Origin: Candidatus Thiovulum imperiosus
GTDB lineage: Bacteria > Campylobacterota > Campylobacteria > Campylobacterales > Thiovulaceae
Length of the DNA stretch: 64,000 bases
Direction of reading: 5' to 3'
Assembly: GCA_024281175.1 (NCBI GenBank)
Contig: JAMJTW010000027.1
Location: forward strand, 1,284 to 65,283
Shown piece after piece: positions 38,732 through 48,180 of the stretch. Position numbers and translations under genes: made by a program. Each line of letters begins with the position of its first letter. Position 1 is the first letter of the stretch. Under the pieces are notes generated by a model, which saw only the letters and a list, made by a program, of their open reading frames with translations, was not told the origin of the DNA and made no database searches.

Positions 38732-40984
38732 TTACAACATCTTATCAAAAAGTTCTCTATATAAATTACAATCTCTATCTTTCTCAATTAGAAACATATC
38801 TCTAACTTTAACTTTAAAAGTTTGGGTTTTTGAAGAGACAACTTTTAAATTTTCATCTTCAAAGAATTTGAAAAGATAAGCAAGAAGACCATTCTGGTTC
38901 TCTGTATTTAGAGAGAGTTTTAAATAGTGTTGTGTATATTCGCAATCAAATTTCACCTCATCACCACCTATTTTTGGAACTATCTTTTTGAAAACTTTTC
39001 TTGTTTCGGAAAAGGAATCCTCAATAATAAATTTAACAAATTCAACATCTCCCTCTTCAACACTATTCTGAAAATCGATTTGAAAATATTTGATCCCATC
39101 AAAAAGCTCAAAAATATCAAGAGATATAACAGAAAGAAAATCAACCTTATTTAGAAAATAGGCTATATCAAAATTTAAATTCTCTCTTCTCAAAATTCTT
39201 ACAGAGAGAAAAGGAGTATTTAAAACCTCAAAACTGAAATTCTCCAACTCTTTTGCCCTTTTTGAGAGTTTTAAAATCGATAAAGAATCTAATTTGAAAA
39301 ATAGTTGATTCGATTTAATTCTAAAAATTGCTCTTTTGAGAGGTTTTGGAGCTTCGAGATTCTTAATCTGCTTTTCAACTTTTTCTCTCTTTTTACTTTC
39401 TCGTATCATTTCTGAGTTATTTAAAACCAAGAGGCTATTTTGATAGAGTTTAAAAAGTAGAGCTTTATTGTAGGAGTTGTAAGTTTCGGCACCAACAGAT
39501 TTAACATCTGCATAAGTTAAAATGTAGAGAAGTTTTAGAGTTTTTTCATCTTGAACTTTGGAGAGAAAAGAGAAAATTACTTTCTCATTGTGAATATCTT
39601 CATGGTAAGCGATATCAGTCATAAGAGTATGGTTTCTGATGAGGTGTGATACTTTTTCTATAATATCTTCAGGAAACTCATTCTTTTGAAGAAAAGATTT
39701 TGTAACTTTTGAACCAACTCTGCTATGGTCTTCAACTCTACCTTTTCCAATATCATGAAATAGAGAAGCTATTTTTAAAATCTCTCTCTCTTTTGAAGAT
39801 AGGGTTTCAAAAAGCCCTTTTAAAAATTTGTCTTCTATTTTTTCCAATTCTCGAACTGTATATAGAGAGTGAACATCTACTGTGTGGTAGTGATATCCAT
39901 CAAATTGTGGTAGCAAGTAGACCTTTTCAAAAAGAGGTATATGATTTTGAAGAGTTCCGTTACGCCAAAGATTTAGTATGGTTGGAAAAGCATTCTCTTT
40001 TTTAAAAATCTTATGTAAATCAAACTTTTCTTCAAAATTTAGATACTCCAACTCTCTAATCTCTAATACTTTTTCAATAACTCTTGCTGTAAAGAGATGA
40101 ACTACTTTCATTGCAGAGAGAATTTTTTGTAGAGTTTGAAACTGGTTTTGAGAAAAAAGTTCTGAAAGATATGGAACATCCTCTAAAACAACTTTATCTC
40201 TCTTCTTTTTTAGTGAGAAGTGGAGATAGGTTCTCACTGAAAATAGTAAATCTAAAGCGATAGAGAATTTTCGAAACTCCTCTTCTGAAAATAGCTCTCC
40301 TGAAAATTCTCGAATAGAGGTTGTTTTAAATTTTACATTTAAAATCCAAAAAAGAAGATTTGCATCTCTAAAACCTCCAACTCCCTCTTTTAAATTTGGA
40401 GTCATAGAGTCAAAAGGATATCTCTTATATCTACCATCTCTTTCAAGAAGTTTCTCTTTGAAAAAATCTTCTTGGTTTGTATCTCTAATATAATTTAACT
40501 TCTGCTCAACAGTACCCCAAATAAAAGATGAACCTATAACTTTTCGTCCTTCAATTAGAGCAGTCTTGATTGTAATATCACTTTTGGCAACCTCTTCAAG
40601 TTCAGATATTTCATGAACTCTATGTCCCAATTTTAGACCTGCGTCCCAAAGAGAGTAGACAAATTTCTCTATTATCTCTTCTGAATTGTAACCAGCTATC
40701 TTTTTGTAAGATATCATCAAATCGATATCACTATGAATATTTAACTCTTCCCTACCGTAACTACCAAGAGCAACAACAACAACTGGAATTGAATTTCTCA
40801 TTGGAAGATAATCATTAAACATCTCTTCTAAAACCATTTTGTAAATTTTAGAGATGATTTCATCGTAAAATTTCGTATATCTAACTAAAAAGTTTTTCCC
40901 CTTTTTCGAATTCAAAAACAGCTCTTTTAAAGAACTCTTTCGTTCTGCTATTTCCGACTTTATTTCTAATAACTCTTCTTTCAT
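38732..40984 (-). CDS. glnD: PII uridylyltransferase
   Basis: ALGSYGREEL..HSDIDL, PNLKEG.GGFRD, QFDGYH..VD.HS, LFHDIGKG, ACT-like tail. Confidence 0.9.
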   Translation of the reverse strand: MKEELLEIKSEIAERKSSLKELFLNSKKGKNFLVRYTKFYDEIISKIYKMVLEEMFNDYLPMRNSIPVVVVALGSYGREELNIHSDIDLMISYKKIAGYNSEEIIEKFVYSLWDAGLKLGHRVHEISELEEVAKSDITIKTALIEGRKVIGSSFIWGTVEQKLNYIRDTNQEDFFKEKLLERDGRYKRYPFDSMTPNLKEGVGGFRDANLLFWILNVKFKTTSIREFSGELFSEEEFRKFSIALDLLFSVRTYLHFSLKKKRDKVVLEDVPYLSELFSQNQFQTLQKILSAMKVVHLFTARVIEKVLEIRELEYLNFEEKFDLHKIFKKENAFPTILNLWRNGTLQNHIPLFEKVYLLPQFDGYHYHTVDVHSLYTVRELEKIEDKFLKGLFETLSSKEREILKIASLFHDIGKGRVEDHSRVGSKVTKSFLQKNEFPEDIIEKVSHLIRNHTLMTDIAYHEDIHNEKVIFSFLSKVQDEKTLKLLYILTYADVKSVGAETYNSYNKALLFKLYQNSLLVLNNSEMIRESKKREKVEKQIKNLEAPKPLKRAIFRIKSNQLFFKLDSLSILKLSKRAKELENFSFEVLNTPFLSVRILRRENLNFDIAYFLNKVDFLSVISLDIFELFDGIKYFQIDFQNSVEEGDVEFVKFIIEDSFSETRKVFKKIVPKIGGDEVKFDCEYTQHYLKLSLNTENQNGLLAYLFKFFEDENLKVVSSKTQTFKVKVRDMFLIEKDRDCNLYRELFDKML

Positions 40985-40997
40985 AAACTCTCTTTTT

Positions 40998-41172
40998 GGG
41001 AGTGACCAAATAGGCTTCTGCCTCTCTCGTCATTTCGATATGAACGAAGTGATTGAGAAATCTCGGAAACTTATCGTTTTAATCGAAGTGATGTAAAAGA
41101 TTTCTCACCGTAAAGGGTTTGAAATGATATGTGGGTTGTTAAAGCGTAAAAATACTCTATTTGGTCACTCCC
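40998..41172 (+). mobile_element. MITE family 1, full copy
   Basis: Perfect TIRs GGGAGTGACCAAATAG and CTATTTGGTCACTCCC; 8-bp TSD CTCTTTTT at 40990-40997 and 41173-41180. Confidence 0.93.
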
Positions 41173-41263
41173 CTCTTTTTTACTATTTGAAAATATATTA
41201 CACTATTTTTATGCTCTGGCAGTTTTGTTGATATACTTTTTGCTATTTTACAAAGGATTTAAA

Positions 41264-41959
41264 ATGATGTGGAGTGTAATGATACTTTCGGGTGCTGGAC
41301 TTTCAGCAGAAAGTGGTTTAAAAACTTTTCGAGATAGTGATGGACTTTGGGAAGAGTATGATGTTATGGAGGTCTGTTCGGTAGAAGGTTTTGCAAAAGA
41401 CCCTAAAAAAGTTGGAGACTTCTATGATGCTAGAAGAGCGCAGTTGGAAAGAGTAGAACCAAATTTTGCTCACAAAAAAATTGCTGAGTTGAAAGAGAAG
41501 TATCCAAGAGAGATTTCAGTTGTAACTCAAAATGTAGATGATTTACTTGAGAGAGCTGGTTGTAAAGAGGTGATACATCTTCATGGAACTTTAACAGATT
41601 TAAGATGTGAAGTTTGTGGAAATATCTGGAAAGTTGGATACGAGTCTCAAGAGGGAAAAAGTTGCCAAAAGTGTGGTAGCAAAAAGATACGACACAATGT
41701 TGTAATGTTTGGAGAACCAGCACCAATGTATGGATATCTTGATGATGTTTTCTCTAGTATAGAACTATTTATTGTTATCGGCTCTTCTGGAAATGTTCTT
41801 CCTTTAAAAAGCATGGCAAAATATAAGGAGAAGAGTGTTTTAAATAATTTACACCCTGAACCAGATTTAGACAGAAGTTTTCAAACTGTAATTCATAAAA
41901 AGGCTTCTGAAGGAATTTTGGAAATTGAAAAGATGGTGAAAGATTTCTTATGCGAATAG
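41264..41959 (+). CDS. cobB: NAD-dependent protein deacylase (sirtuin)
   Basis: GAGLSAESG..TFR, TQNVD, HLHG, CxxC..CxxC, VVMFGE; start follows AAGGA. Confidence 0.92.
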   Translation: MMWSVMILSGAGLSAESGLKTFRDSDGLWEEYDVMEVCSVEGFAKDPKKVGDFYDARRAQLERVEPNFAHKKIAELKEKYPREISVVTQNVDDLLERAGCKEVIHLHGTLTDLRCEVCGNIWKVGYESQEGKSCQKCGSKKIRHNVVMFGEPAPMYGYLDDVFSSIELFIVIGSSGNVLPLKSMAKYKEKSVLNNLHPEPDLDRSFQTVIHKKASEGILEIEKMVKDFLCE

Positions 41960-42744
41960 GATTTATTGGAGATATAGTTGGTCGGGCTGGGAGATTTATG
42001 GTTCGAGACCACTTAGAAAGAGTTAGAGAAGAGTTTAAATTGGATTTTGTGATTGCAAATGTAGAGAATGCTTCTCACGGTTTTGGAATTACTAAAAAGA
42101 ATGCGAATGAACTATTTTCTTACGGAATAGACCTTTTTACAGGTGGAAACCACTCTTTTGATAGAGATGATATTCATGAACTTATTCGGACTTCTCCAAC
42201 TTTGGTTCCGATGAACTATCCTAAAAAAGAGGAGTTTGGATATAGAGTTGTAGAGGTTGGAGGTAAGAAATTGGCAGTGATAAACCTCATCGGCTCAGAT
42301 TTTATGCCAACAGCAACAGGAAACCCATTTGTAGCTATTTCAGAACTTTTAGAAAATTTAGAAGCTGATGAGGTTTTTGTCGATTTTCATGCTGAAACAA
42401 CAGCTGAAAAGAGAACTCTTTTTGAATTTCTAAAAGGAAAAATCTCTATGATGGTTGGAACTCACACTCATATCGCTACTGATGATTTCCAACTTTCAAG
42501 TGGAACTTTCTATATTACAGATGTTGGACTATCAGGCTGTTTTGATGGAGTTATTGGAATGAAATCTGAAAGTCCCATTCATAGAGCTTTAACAGGTGAA
42601 AAGAGCCATCTAAAAGTTCCTGAACCAAAAGAGTGTTTTAAAATTCTGCAAGTAGTAATTGCAGATTTAAAAGAGAAAAGTGGTTTCACTTATAAAGTTC
42701 TTGAAAATGGTCAAGTGTTGCAAAGAGAGGTCATTTCTCTTTAG
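41950..42744 (+). CDS. YmdB/TIGR00282 metallophosphoesterase
   Basis: FIGDIVG, NVENASHG, GNH, DFHAETTAEK, GTHTH. Confidence 0.92.
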   Translation: MRIGFIGDIVGRAGRFMVRDHLERVREEFKLDFVIANVENASHGFGITKKNANELFSYGIDLFTGGNHSFDRDDIHELIRTSPTLVPMNYPKKEEFGYRVVEVGGKKLAVINLIGSDFMPTATGNPFVAISELLENLEADEVFVDFHAETTAEKRTLFEFLKGKISMMVGTHTHIATDDFQLSSGTFYITDVGLSGCFDGVIGMKSESPIHRALTGEKSHLKVPEPKECFKILQVVIADLKEKSGFTYKVLENGQVLQREVISL

Positions 42745-42771
42745 TTATAATTCGGAGAAAATGGAGTTGTA

Positions 42772-43833
42772 TTGAAAAAATACCTACTTTTTTTTCCCTC
42801 CCTACTACTCTCATATCAAGTTATGAATTATGGAGTTTTAAACAATCATGCATTTACAATGCCTGAAGGACAAGTTTCAGTAGAGGCTTCATATTTACGA
42901 ACAAATGATGAATTAGATATTTTCAATATTAGAGATAGTGAACTTGGAACACTTTCAAAATATGGCTCTTCTATTGGAGATATGAGTGGATTTGAAACTG
43001 AATTTGGAGTTGGAATTTCAGAAAGAGACTCTCTCTTTTTCAATTTTCAAATCTGGAATTTAGATTATGCCAGTTCAAGTTTGAAAAATAGTCAAATAGA
43101 GTTGTGGAACAGATATCAACTTAGAAGAAATAGAAATGCTTTTATAGACTCTATCTCTTTTGATATTGGGTATAAGAGAAATTGGGCTGAAGATATCTCT
43201 GTCTCAAATCCAACAGTTATAAACTCGATGATAAAAAAGATTTCTCCAAACTCATCTTACTCCATAGAGGAAGATGGCAGTATAAAAGATGGAGATACAG
43301 AAATTATGCTTTTTGATGATTTTGGAAATAGAGTCTCTCCAGAAGTAAATATAGAAGATACGGCTTCAGATAGCATATATCTAAAATTTCTCTTTGGAAA
43401 GAGAGTTTTGAGAAGAACTGTAATAGATTTCTATACAGCTTTCGCATATCAAAATATTTCTACCAAGATAGATGTTTTTCCAAGCTCCATAGTACCAAAC
43501 TCTTTAGAAACAGATTTAGATAGAGATGAGAGTGTTGGAACTCTTGGTTTCTCTCTAATTTCTGAATTCACTTCTACTATTTTGGAGTTGAATTATGAAT
43601 ATAGCAAAATCTGGAGAGAAGATTTGAGTTATGAAAACAGCAGTAACTCTCTTGAAGCCTCTCTTCTCTTTCCTTTTTCAAAAAGTTTTGTAGCCTTTTT
43701 GGGAGGAAAACTTATGTTTCAACAACTGAATACAGAAATACCATATCTTTACAACAGATATACAGAAACTCAATTTGATAAGAAATATGGTTTTGCTAAA
43801 TTTGGTCTAATTTATAAAATAGGAGCATTTTAA
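42772..43833 (+). CDS. Hypothetical exported, probably outer-membrane beta-barrel protein
   Basis: Signal-like N-terminus, alternating aromatic strands, C-terminal F; 2 nt upstream of the export gene. Confidence 0.55.
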   Translation: MKKYLLFFPSLLLSYQVMNYGVLNNHAFTMPEGQVSVEASYLRTNDELDIFNIRDSELGTLSKYGSSIGDMSGFETEFGVGISERDSLFFNFQIWNLDYASSSLKNSQIELWNRYQLRRNRNAFIDSISFDIGYKRNWAEDISVSNPTVINSMIKKISPNSSYSIEEDGSIKDGDTEIMLFDDFGNRVSPEVNIEDTASDSIYLKFLFGKRVLRRTVIDFYTAFAYQNISTKIDVFPSSIVPNSLETDLDRDESVGTLGFSLISEFTSTILELNYEYSKIWREDLSYENSSNSLEASLLFPFSKSFVAFLGGKLMFQQLNTEIPYLYNRYTETQFDKKYGFAKFGLIYKIGAF

Positions 43834-43835
43834 AT

Positions 43836-46505
43836 TTGAAACTTCTTATATATCTTACAATTTTCTCTACTCTACTATACTCTGTTACTCTAAATGATTT
43901 ACAAAAAATTGGCTCTTCAGCAGAGCTACAAAAAAAATTAGAGAACATGAAAAGTGAAAGTAACTATAAAGCTGAAATTCATGATGTTCCAGTTGAGAAT
44001 AGGATTATCAAAATTGCTCCAGTTCCAAAAACTATATCTCAAGCTGATGAGAAATTGAAAAAAAATATATTTAGCTATAAAAGTGATAGTAGTATTGTTG
44101 AAGAGAGAAATGATGGTCATCTTAAATTGGAGCAGACAGAAATATTTCGATATGGTGACTCCTTTTTCCAAAATAGAAATCTTCAAAGAACTAATTCTCT
44201 CTCTATACCAAATGAGTACCAAATCAATATAGGAGATATTATCTCTATCTGGCTTTATGGGGCTAGAAATAGTAATCAAGAACTTGAAGTTGATAGAAAT
44301 GGAAATATAAATATTGGTGGTGTTGGTCCTCTCTACATATACAGTATGGAATTTAAAACCTTAAAAGAGATTTTAATATCTAAATATGAAGCTTTATATA
44401 AAAATACTAAAATACATGTTGATATTATAAAAACAACACCAATACAAGTTGTAATTACAGGTGAAGTTGAGAGTCCAGGCATTTACAATATTCCAGCACT
44501 CTCAACAATCAAAGAGGCTCTTATCTCTGCTAACGGAATTTCCAATTTAGGCTCTTATCGAGATATCAAACTTTATAGAAGTGGAAAGCTAATCAAAAGA
44601 TTTGATATATATAAATTTATTCAAAAAGGAGAGACCTCTTATCTTAATTTCAATTTGAAAAATGGAGATACCATCTTTGTTCCAAAAGTAAAAAAGAGAG
44701 TAGTATTAGATGGAAAGGTAAATAGAAAGGGGATTTATCAACTTAAAAGCAGTGAAAACTTACACTCTCTACTCTCTTATGCTCAAGGTATCTCTTTTTC
44801 TGGAAGCAATCGAAAAGCTAAATTGAAGAGATTTGATAAAAATGAGAAACAGATTGTAATAGATTTGGATCCAAGAAAAGAGTTTCCTCTTCAAGATGGA
44901 GATAGAGTTACTATCTATCCTATAAATAGTAAAAGCGATAGTATTTACATATACGGTAATGTTGTTCATGCAGGAGAGAGAGGATTTTATAAGGGTCTTA
45001 CCCTATATGACTTCTTTTATAAAGAGATAAAATTGAATGGACTGGAAAATGTATTTCTTGAAAATGTAGAGATGAATTACTCTGTAATAAAGAGATATAA
45101 CTACCTTACATATTCTGATGAGATACTTCAATTCTCTTTAGCTGAAGTTCTTGCTGGAAAAGAGAGTCTTGAACTTAAAAGGGGTGATGAGATATATATC
45201 TTCAATAGAGCTGAGTTGAAAGAAAATCCATACATATATATTCGAGGTAGTGTAATTACAACTCCAGGAAAATATCAATACTTTGATAATATCACTCTTG
45301 GAGATATTTCAAACTTTGTAAAATTTAAGAGCGAAGATTTTATTGATGGAAATAGAGTTTTTCTTAAGGTTTCAAAAGAGGTGAAATTACTTCGAAATAT
45401 TCGAGAAAAGTTGAAGATACACTTTTTAGATTTAGATAAAAACTCAAGTTTCCAAATTCAACCTCTTGATGAAATAGTATTTTTTGACCAACTTGAAAGA
45501 GAAAAACCGAAATTAGCTTCGATAAAAGGAGAGGTTTTATCTGGCGGAAATTTTAGGATAGATGAGAGTACAGATATAAATAAACTTATCCAACTTGCAA
45601 AAGGTTTAACAAAAAAAGCCTATTTAGAGAAATTTGAGGTTGTTAGATACAGAATAGAAGATGGAGAGAGAAAATATGAGATTTTAAGAGAGTCCTTAAA
45701 AGAGGCGATGGAACAGAATTTTAAAATTTTAGAGTTTGATGAGGTGACAATTTTTAAAGTTCCAAAATGGAATGATATGAAAAGTGTACAGATATATGGA
45801 GAGGTGAAATTTCCTGGAAATTACTCTATTGAAGCTGGTGATACATTTCAAGATGTTGTGAATAGAGCAGGAGGATATCTTGATACAGCATTTTTCAGAG
45901 GAGCTGTTTTTACTAGAGAATCGATAAAATCTTTACAAAAAAAGAGATTGGAAGAGAGTATTCAAAAACTTAAAAAAGATTCTATTTATCTCCTCTCATC
46001 ACCCTCTTCTTTTGGAGAAAATAGTTCAGATAAAGAGATGCTTTTAAAAATGATAGATTCTCTAATTGCCGACTTGAGAGATTTTACTCCAAATGGTCGA
46101 GTTTCTGTAAATATTTTAGAGAAAGATTTTCTTTTAGAAGATGGAGATAGAATATATATTCCAACTATAAATGAGACGGTTTCTGTAATAGGAGAGGTCT
46201 TAAATCCGAGTACTTTCTTTTACAGAGAGGGAGAAGATGTTGAGTTTTACTTAGAAAAGTCTGGTGGTTTAAATCATAAAGCAGATATTGATAATATCTA
46301 TATTGTTCATCCAAACGGTGAAGCTGAAAGATATGAGAGTGGATTTCTATTTGGTTTTGGTTTAGAGATTGAGACGGGAGATACAATAGTTGTTCCTTTT
46401 AAAGTTGAAACCTCATCATTCTCATTTATAGCTAAAGATGTAACTCAAATTTTATACCAACTAGCAATAACTGCTGTATCACTTAAAACCGTAGGAGTTT
46501 TCTAA
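43836..46505 (+). CDS. SLBB-repeat polysaccharide export protein (Wza/KpsD-like)
   Basis: EYQINIGD PES domain; repeated GEV..PG.Y and L..GD.I.VP SLBB units. Confidence 0.9.
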   Translation: MKLLIYLTIFSTLLYSVTLNDLQKIGSSAELQKKLENMKSESNYKAEIHDVPVENRIIKIAPVPKTISQADEKLKKNIFSYKSDSSIVEERNDGHLKLEQTEIFRYGDSFFQNRNLQRTNSLSIPNEYQINIGDIISIWLYGARNSNQELEVDRNGNINIGGVGPLYIYSMEFKTLKEILISKYEALYKNTKIHVDIIKTTPIQVVITGEVESPGIYNIPALSTIKEALISANGISNLGSYRDIKLYRSGKLIKRFDIYKFIQKGETSYLNFNLKNGDTIFVPKVKKRVVLDGKVNRKGIYQLKSSENLHSLLSYAQGISFSGSNRKAKLKRFDKNEKQIVIDLDPRKEFPLQDGDRVTIYPINSKSDSIYIYGNVVHAGERGFYKGLTLYDFFYKEIKLNGLENVFLENVEMNYSVIKRYNYLTYSDEILQFSLAEVLAGKESLELKRGDEIYIFNRAELKENPYIYIRGSVITTPGKYQYFDNITLGDISNFVKFKSEDFIDGNRVFLKVSKEVKLLRNIREKLKIHFLDLDKNSSFQIQPLDEIVFFDQLEREKPKLASIKGEVLSGGNFRIDESTDINKLIQLAKGLTKKAYLEKFEVVRYRIEDGERKYEILRESLKEAMEQNFKILEFDEVTIFKVPKWNDMKSVQIYGEVKFPGNYSIEAGDTFQDVVNRAGGYLDTAFFRGAVFTRESIKSLQKKRLEESIQKLKKDSIYLLSSPSSFGENSSDKEMLLKMIDSLIADLRDFTPNGRVSVNILEKDFLLEDGDRIYIPTINETVSVIGEVLNPSTFFYREGEDVEFYLEKSGGLNHKADIDNIYIVHPNGEAERYESGFLFGFGLEIETGDTIVVPFKVETSSFSFIAKDVTQILYQLAITAVSLKTVGVF

Positions 46506-46506
46506 A

Positions 46507-47364
46507 TTGGAAAAAGACGAAATAGATTTAAAAGAACTCTTTTCACAAATTTGGAGTAGAAAATGGAAAATAGCGATTTTCTCTTTTTTAGTTACTACTT
46601 TAGTTACAACTATTCTTATTATGACTCCAAACTCTTATCGCTCCTATATCACTCTACTTCCACAAGGTGAACAATCTTCAAGTGGTGATTTTGAAGCATT
46701 GGCAGGTCTTGCTGGTATTCGTGTTGGAGCTGCTACTGTATCCCCTTACAATACTATGAGTTCTATTTTAAAAGATGACTCTCTACATGAATATATTGTT
46801 CAAAAATATGCTCTTTTAGAGAGAGTTGAGAACCAAGAGAACTTAGTTTTTCCTTTTGAATTACAGTTTGAAAATAGTAAAGATATAGATATTTCCGAAG
46901 CTGAGAGACTTTTTGATATATACAAATATCTTTCTGAAACAGTCTCTCTTTCCGAAGATACAAAAAGTGGAATAATTACACTTTCAGTAGAGATGCAAGA
47001 TAGATTTCTTACAAAAGAGTTGGCAGATATATATCTTTTTGAAATTACAGATAGAGTTAGAAAGTTAGATATGAAAGATTTGGAGAAGAAAATATCTTTT
47101 TATGAAAATGAACTTCTCTATATAGAAAATATCGAGCTTCAAGCAACAATCACAAAACTTATATCAACTCTAATTCAGAAAAAAGTTTTGGCAAAAGCTA
47201 GTGAGTATTATCTAGTTCAGAAAGCAACAGAAAGTAGAGTTGCTTTTATAAAAGATAAGGTAAAACCAAAAAGAGCAATTATCATTGTTGTCTCTTTTAT
47301 AGCTTCTATCATCTTGGCAATATTTTTTATACTTTTTATTGATGTCTTTCGAAATCCTAAATAG
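46507..47364 (+). CDS. Wzz-family chain length determinant
   Basis: DEIDLKELF, N-terminal TM, LAGLAGI, KPKRAII plus C-terminal TM. Confidence 0.88.
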   Translation: MEKDEIDLKELFSQIWSRKWKIAIFSFLVTTLVTTILIMTPNSYRSYITLLPQGEQSSSGDFEALAGLAGIRVGAATVSPYNTMSSILKDDSLHEYIVQKYALLERVENQENLVFPFELQFENSKDIDISEAERLFDIYKYLSETVSLSEDTKSGIITLSVEMQDRFLTKELADIYLFEITDRVRKLDMKDLEKKISFYENELLYIENIELQATITKLISTLIQKKVLAKASEYYLVQKATESRVAFIKDKVKPKRAIIIVVSFIASIILAIFFILFIDVFRNPK

Positions 47365-47433
47365 CTTTTTCAGGATAAAACACTCTGAGGGAGGTTCTTT
47401 CAGAACTGACCGAAGAGTTTGCAATTTGAGATA

Positions 47434-47543
47434 GGGGGTGACCAAATAGGCTTCTGCCTCTCTTGTCATTTCGAACCCTTTAGGGTGAGAAATCTTTATA
47501 AAAAGTTGTATCAAGAGCTATCTTCGCTCTAGTCGAGGTGACA
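47434..47543 (+). mobile_element. MITE family 1, truncated copy with inverted internal cassette
   Basis: Left TIR GGGGGTGACCAAATAG and GCTTCTGCCTCTCTTGTCATTTCGA, followed by ACCCTTTAGGGTGAGAAATCT; closes with TCGAGGTGACA. Confidence 0.8.
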
Positions 47544-47674
47544 GAAAAACTAGAAACTTTGTCAGCTTTGAACTAAAAATTCAAGTTTTAGGTTTTGTAG
47601 ACTTTCATTGTAACTATAGAGTCATCTCCTAACTCATAATTGTAAAATATAAAAATAGTTTTAGGAGAATAGGT

Positions 47675-48028
47675 GTGGAAGATTTAACAAGTATGAGACA
47701 ATCTATCAAAAGTGAGATAGAAAAGACAAAAGAAGCTCTGCTTCAGAGCAATGATAAGAGAGCAATTCGCTTTTTTTTAGACTCTATACATGATGATATT
47801 AGACTTATGATTAATGAGGGTTTTAGTTATAAACAGCAGTTGGAAATTATCAATAAATCTACTAATAAAAATATAAAGTATAATACTTATCTCCGCTACG
47901 TCAAAAAGTACTTAAATTTAGCTGGTTCAAAAAGAAAAGAGTTAAACGAGAGTAAAATGAGTCGAGAAAAAGGGAGAGATTTTGGCTTCACCCATGAAGC
48001 AGTTCCAGATATGGAAGAACTTTATTAG
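47675..48028 (+). CDS. TraK/StbA-like HTH protein, paralog 1
   Basis: AGGAG SD then GTG; FLDSIHDDIRLMINEGFSYKQQLEII..IKYNTYLRYVKKYL; ends GFTHEAVPDMEELY. Confidence 0.6.
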   Translation: MEDLTSMRQSIKSEIEKTKEALLQSNDKRAIRFFLDSIHDDIRLMINEGFSYKQQLEIINKSTNKNIKYNTYLRYVKKYLNLAGSKRKELNESKMSREKGRDFGFTHEAVPDMEELY

Positions 48029-48037
48029 GAAAATATT

Positions 48038-48172
48038 ATGTGGAAATTTTTAAAAAAACTATTTGGCTTCTTATTTTTCAGATCATCAAAAAAGAGTGAG
48101 TTTCGAGAAAGAGAATTGAGCAATCGAACTTTCAAGCATGAACCTGTTCCAGACAAAGATGAACTTTATTAA
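48038..48172 (+). CDS. Unannotated 44-aa peptide: amphipathic N-terminus plus shared C-terminal motif
   Basis: AGGA SD 7 nt before ATG; MWKFLKKLFGFLFFRSSKKSEFRERELSNRTFKHEPVPDKDELY. Confidence 0.8.
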   Translation: MWKFLKKLFGFLFFRSSKKSEFRERELSNRTFKHEPVPDKDELY

Positions 48173-48180
48173 GGATTAGT

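Noticed and set aside
41264-41959. Sirtuin as an anti-phage (Thoeris/DSR-type) gene
   Set aside because: It is a canonical CobB with a zinc module and YxxR motif in a housekeeping context
47212-47514. ORFs at 47212-47514 and 59302-59517 sharing IKISHPKGFEMT
   Set aside because: The similarity comes from translating the MITE core, not from a protein family
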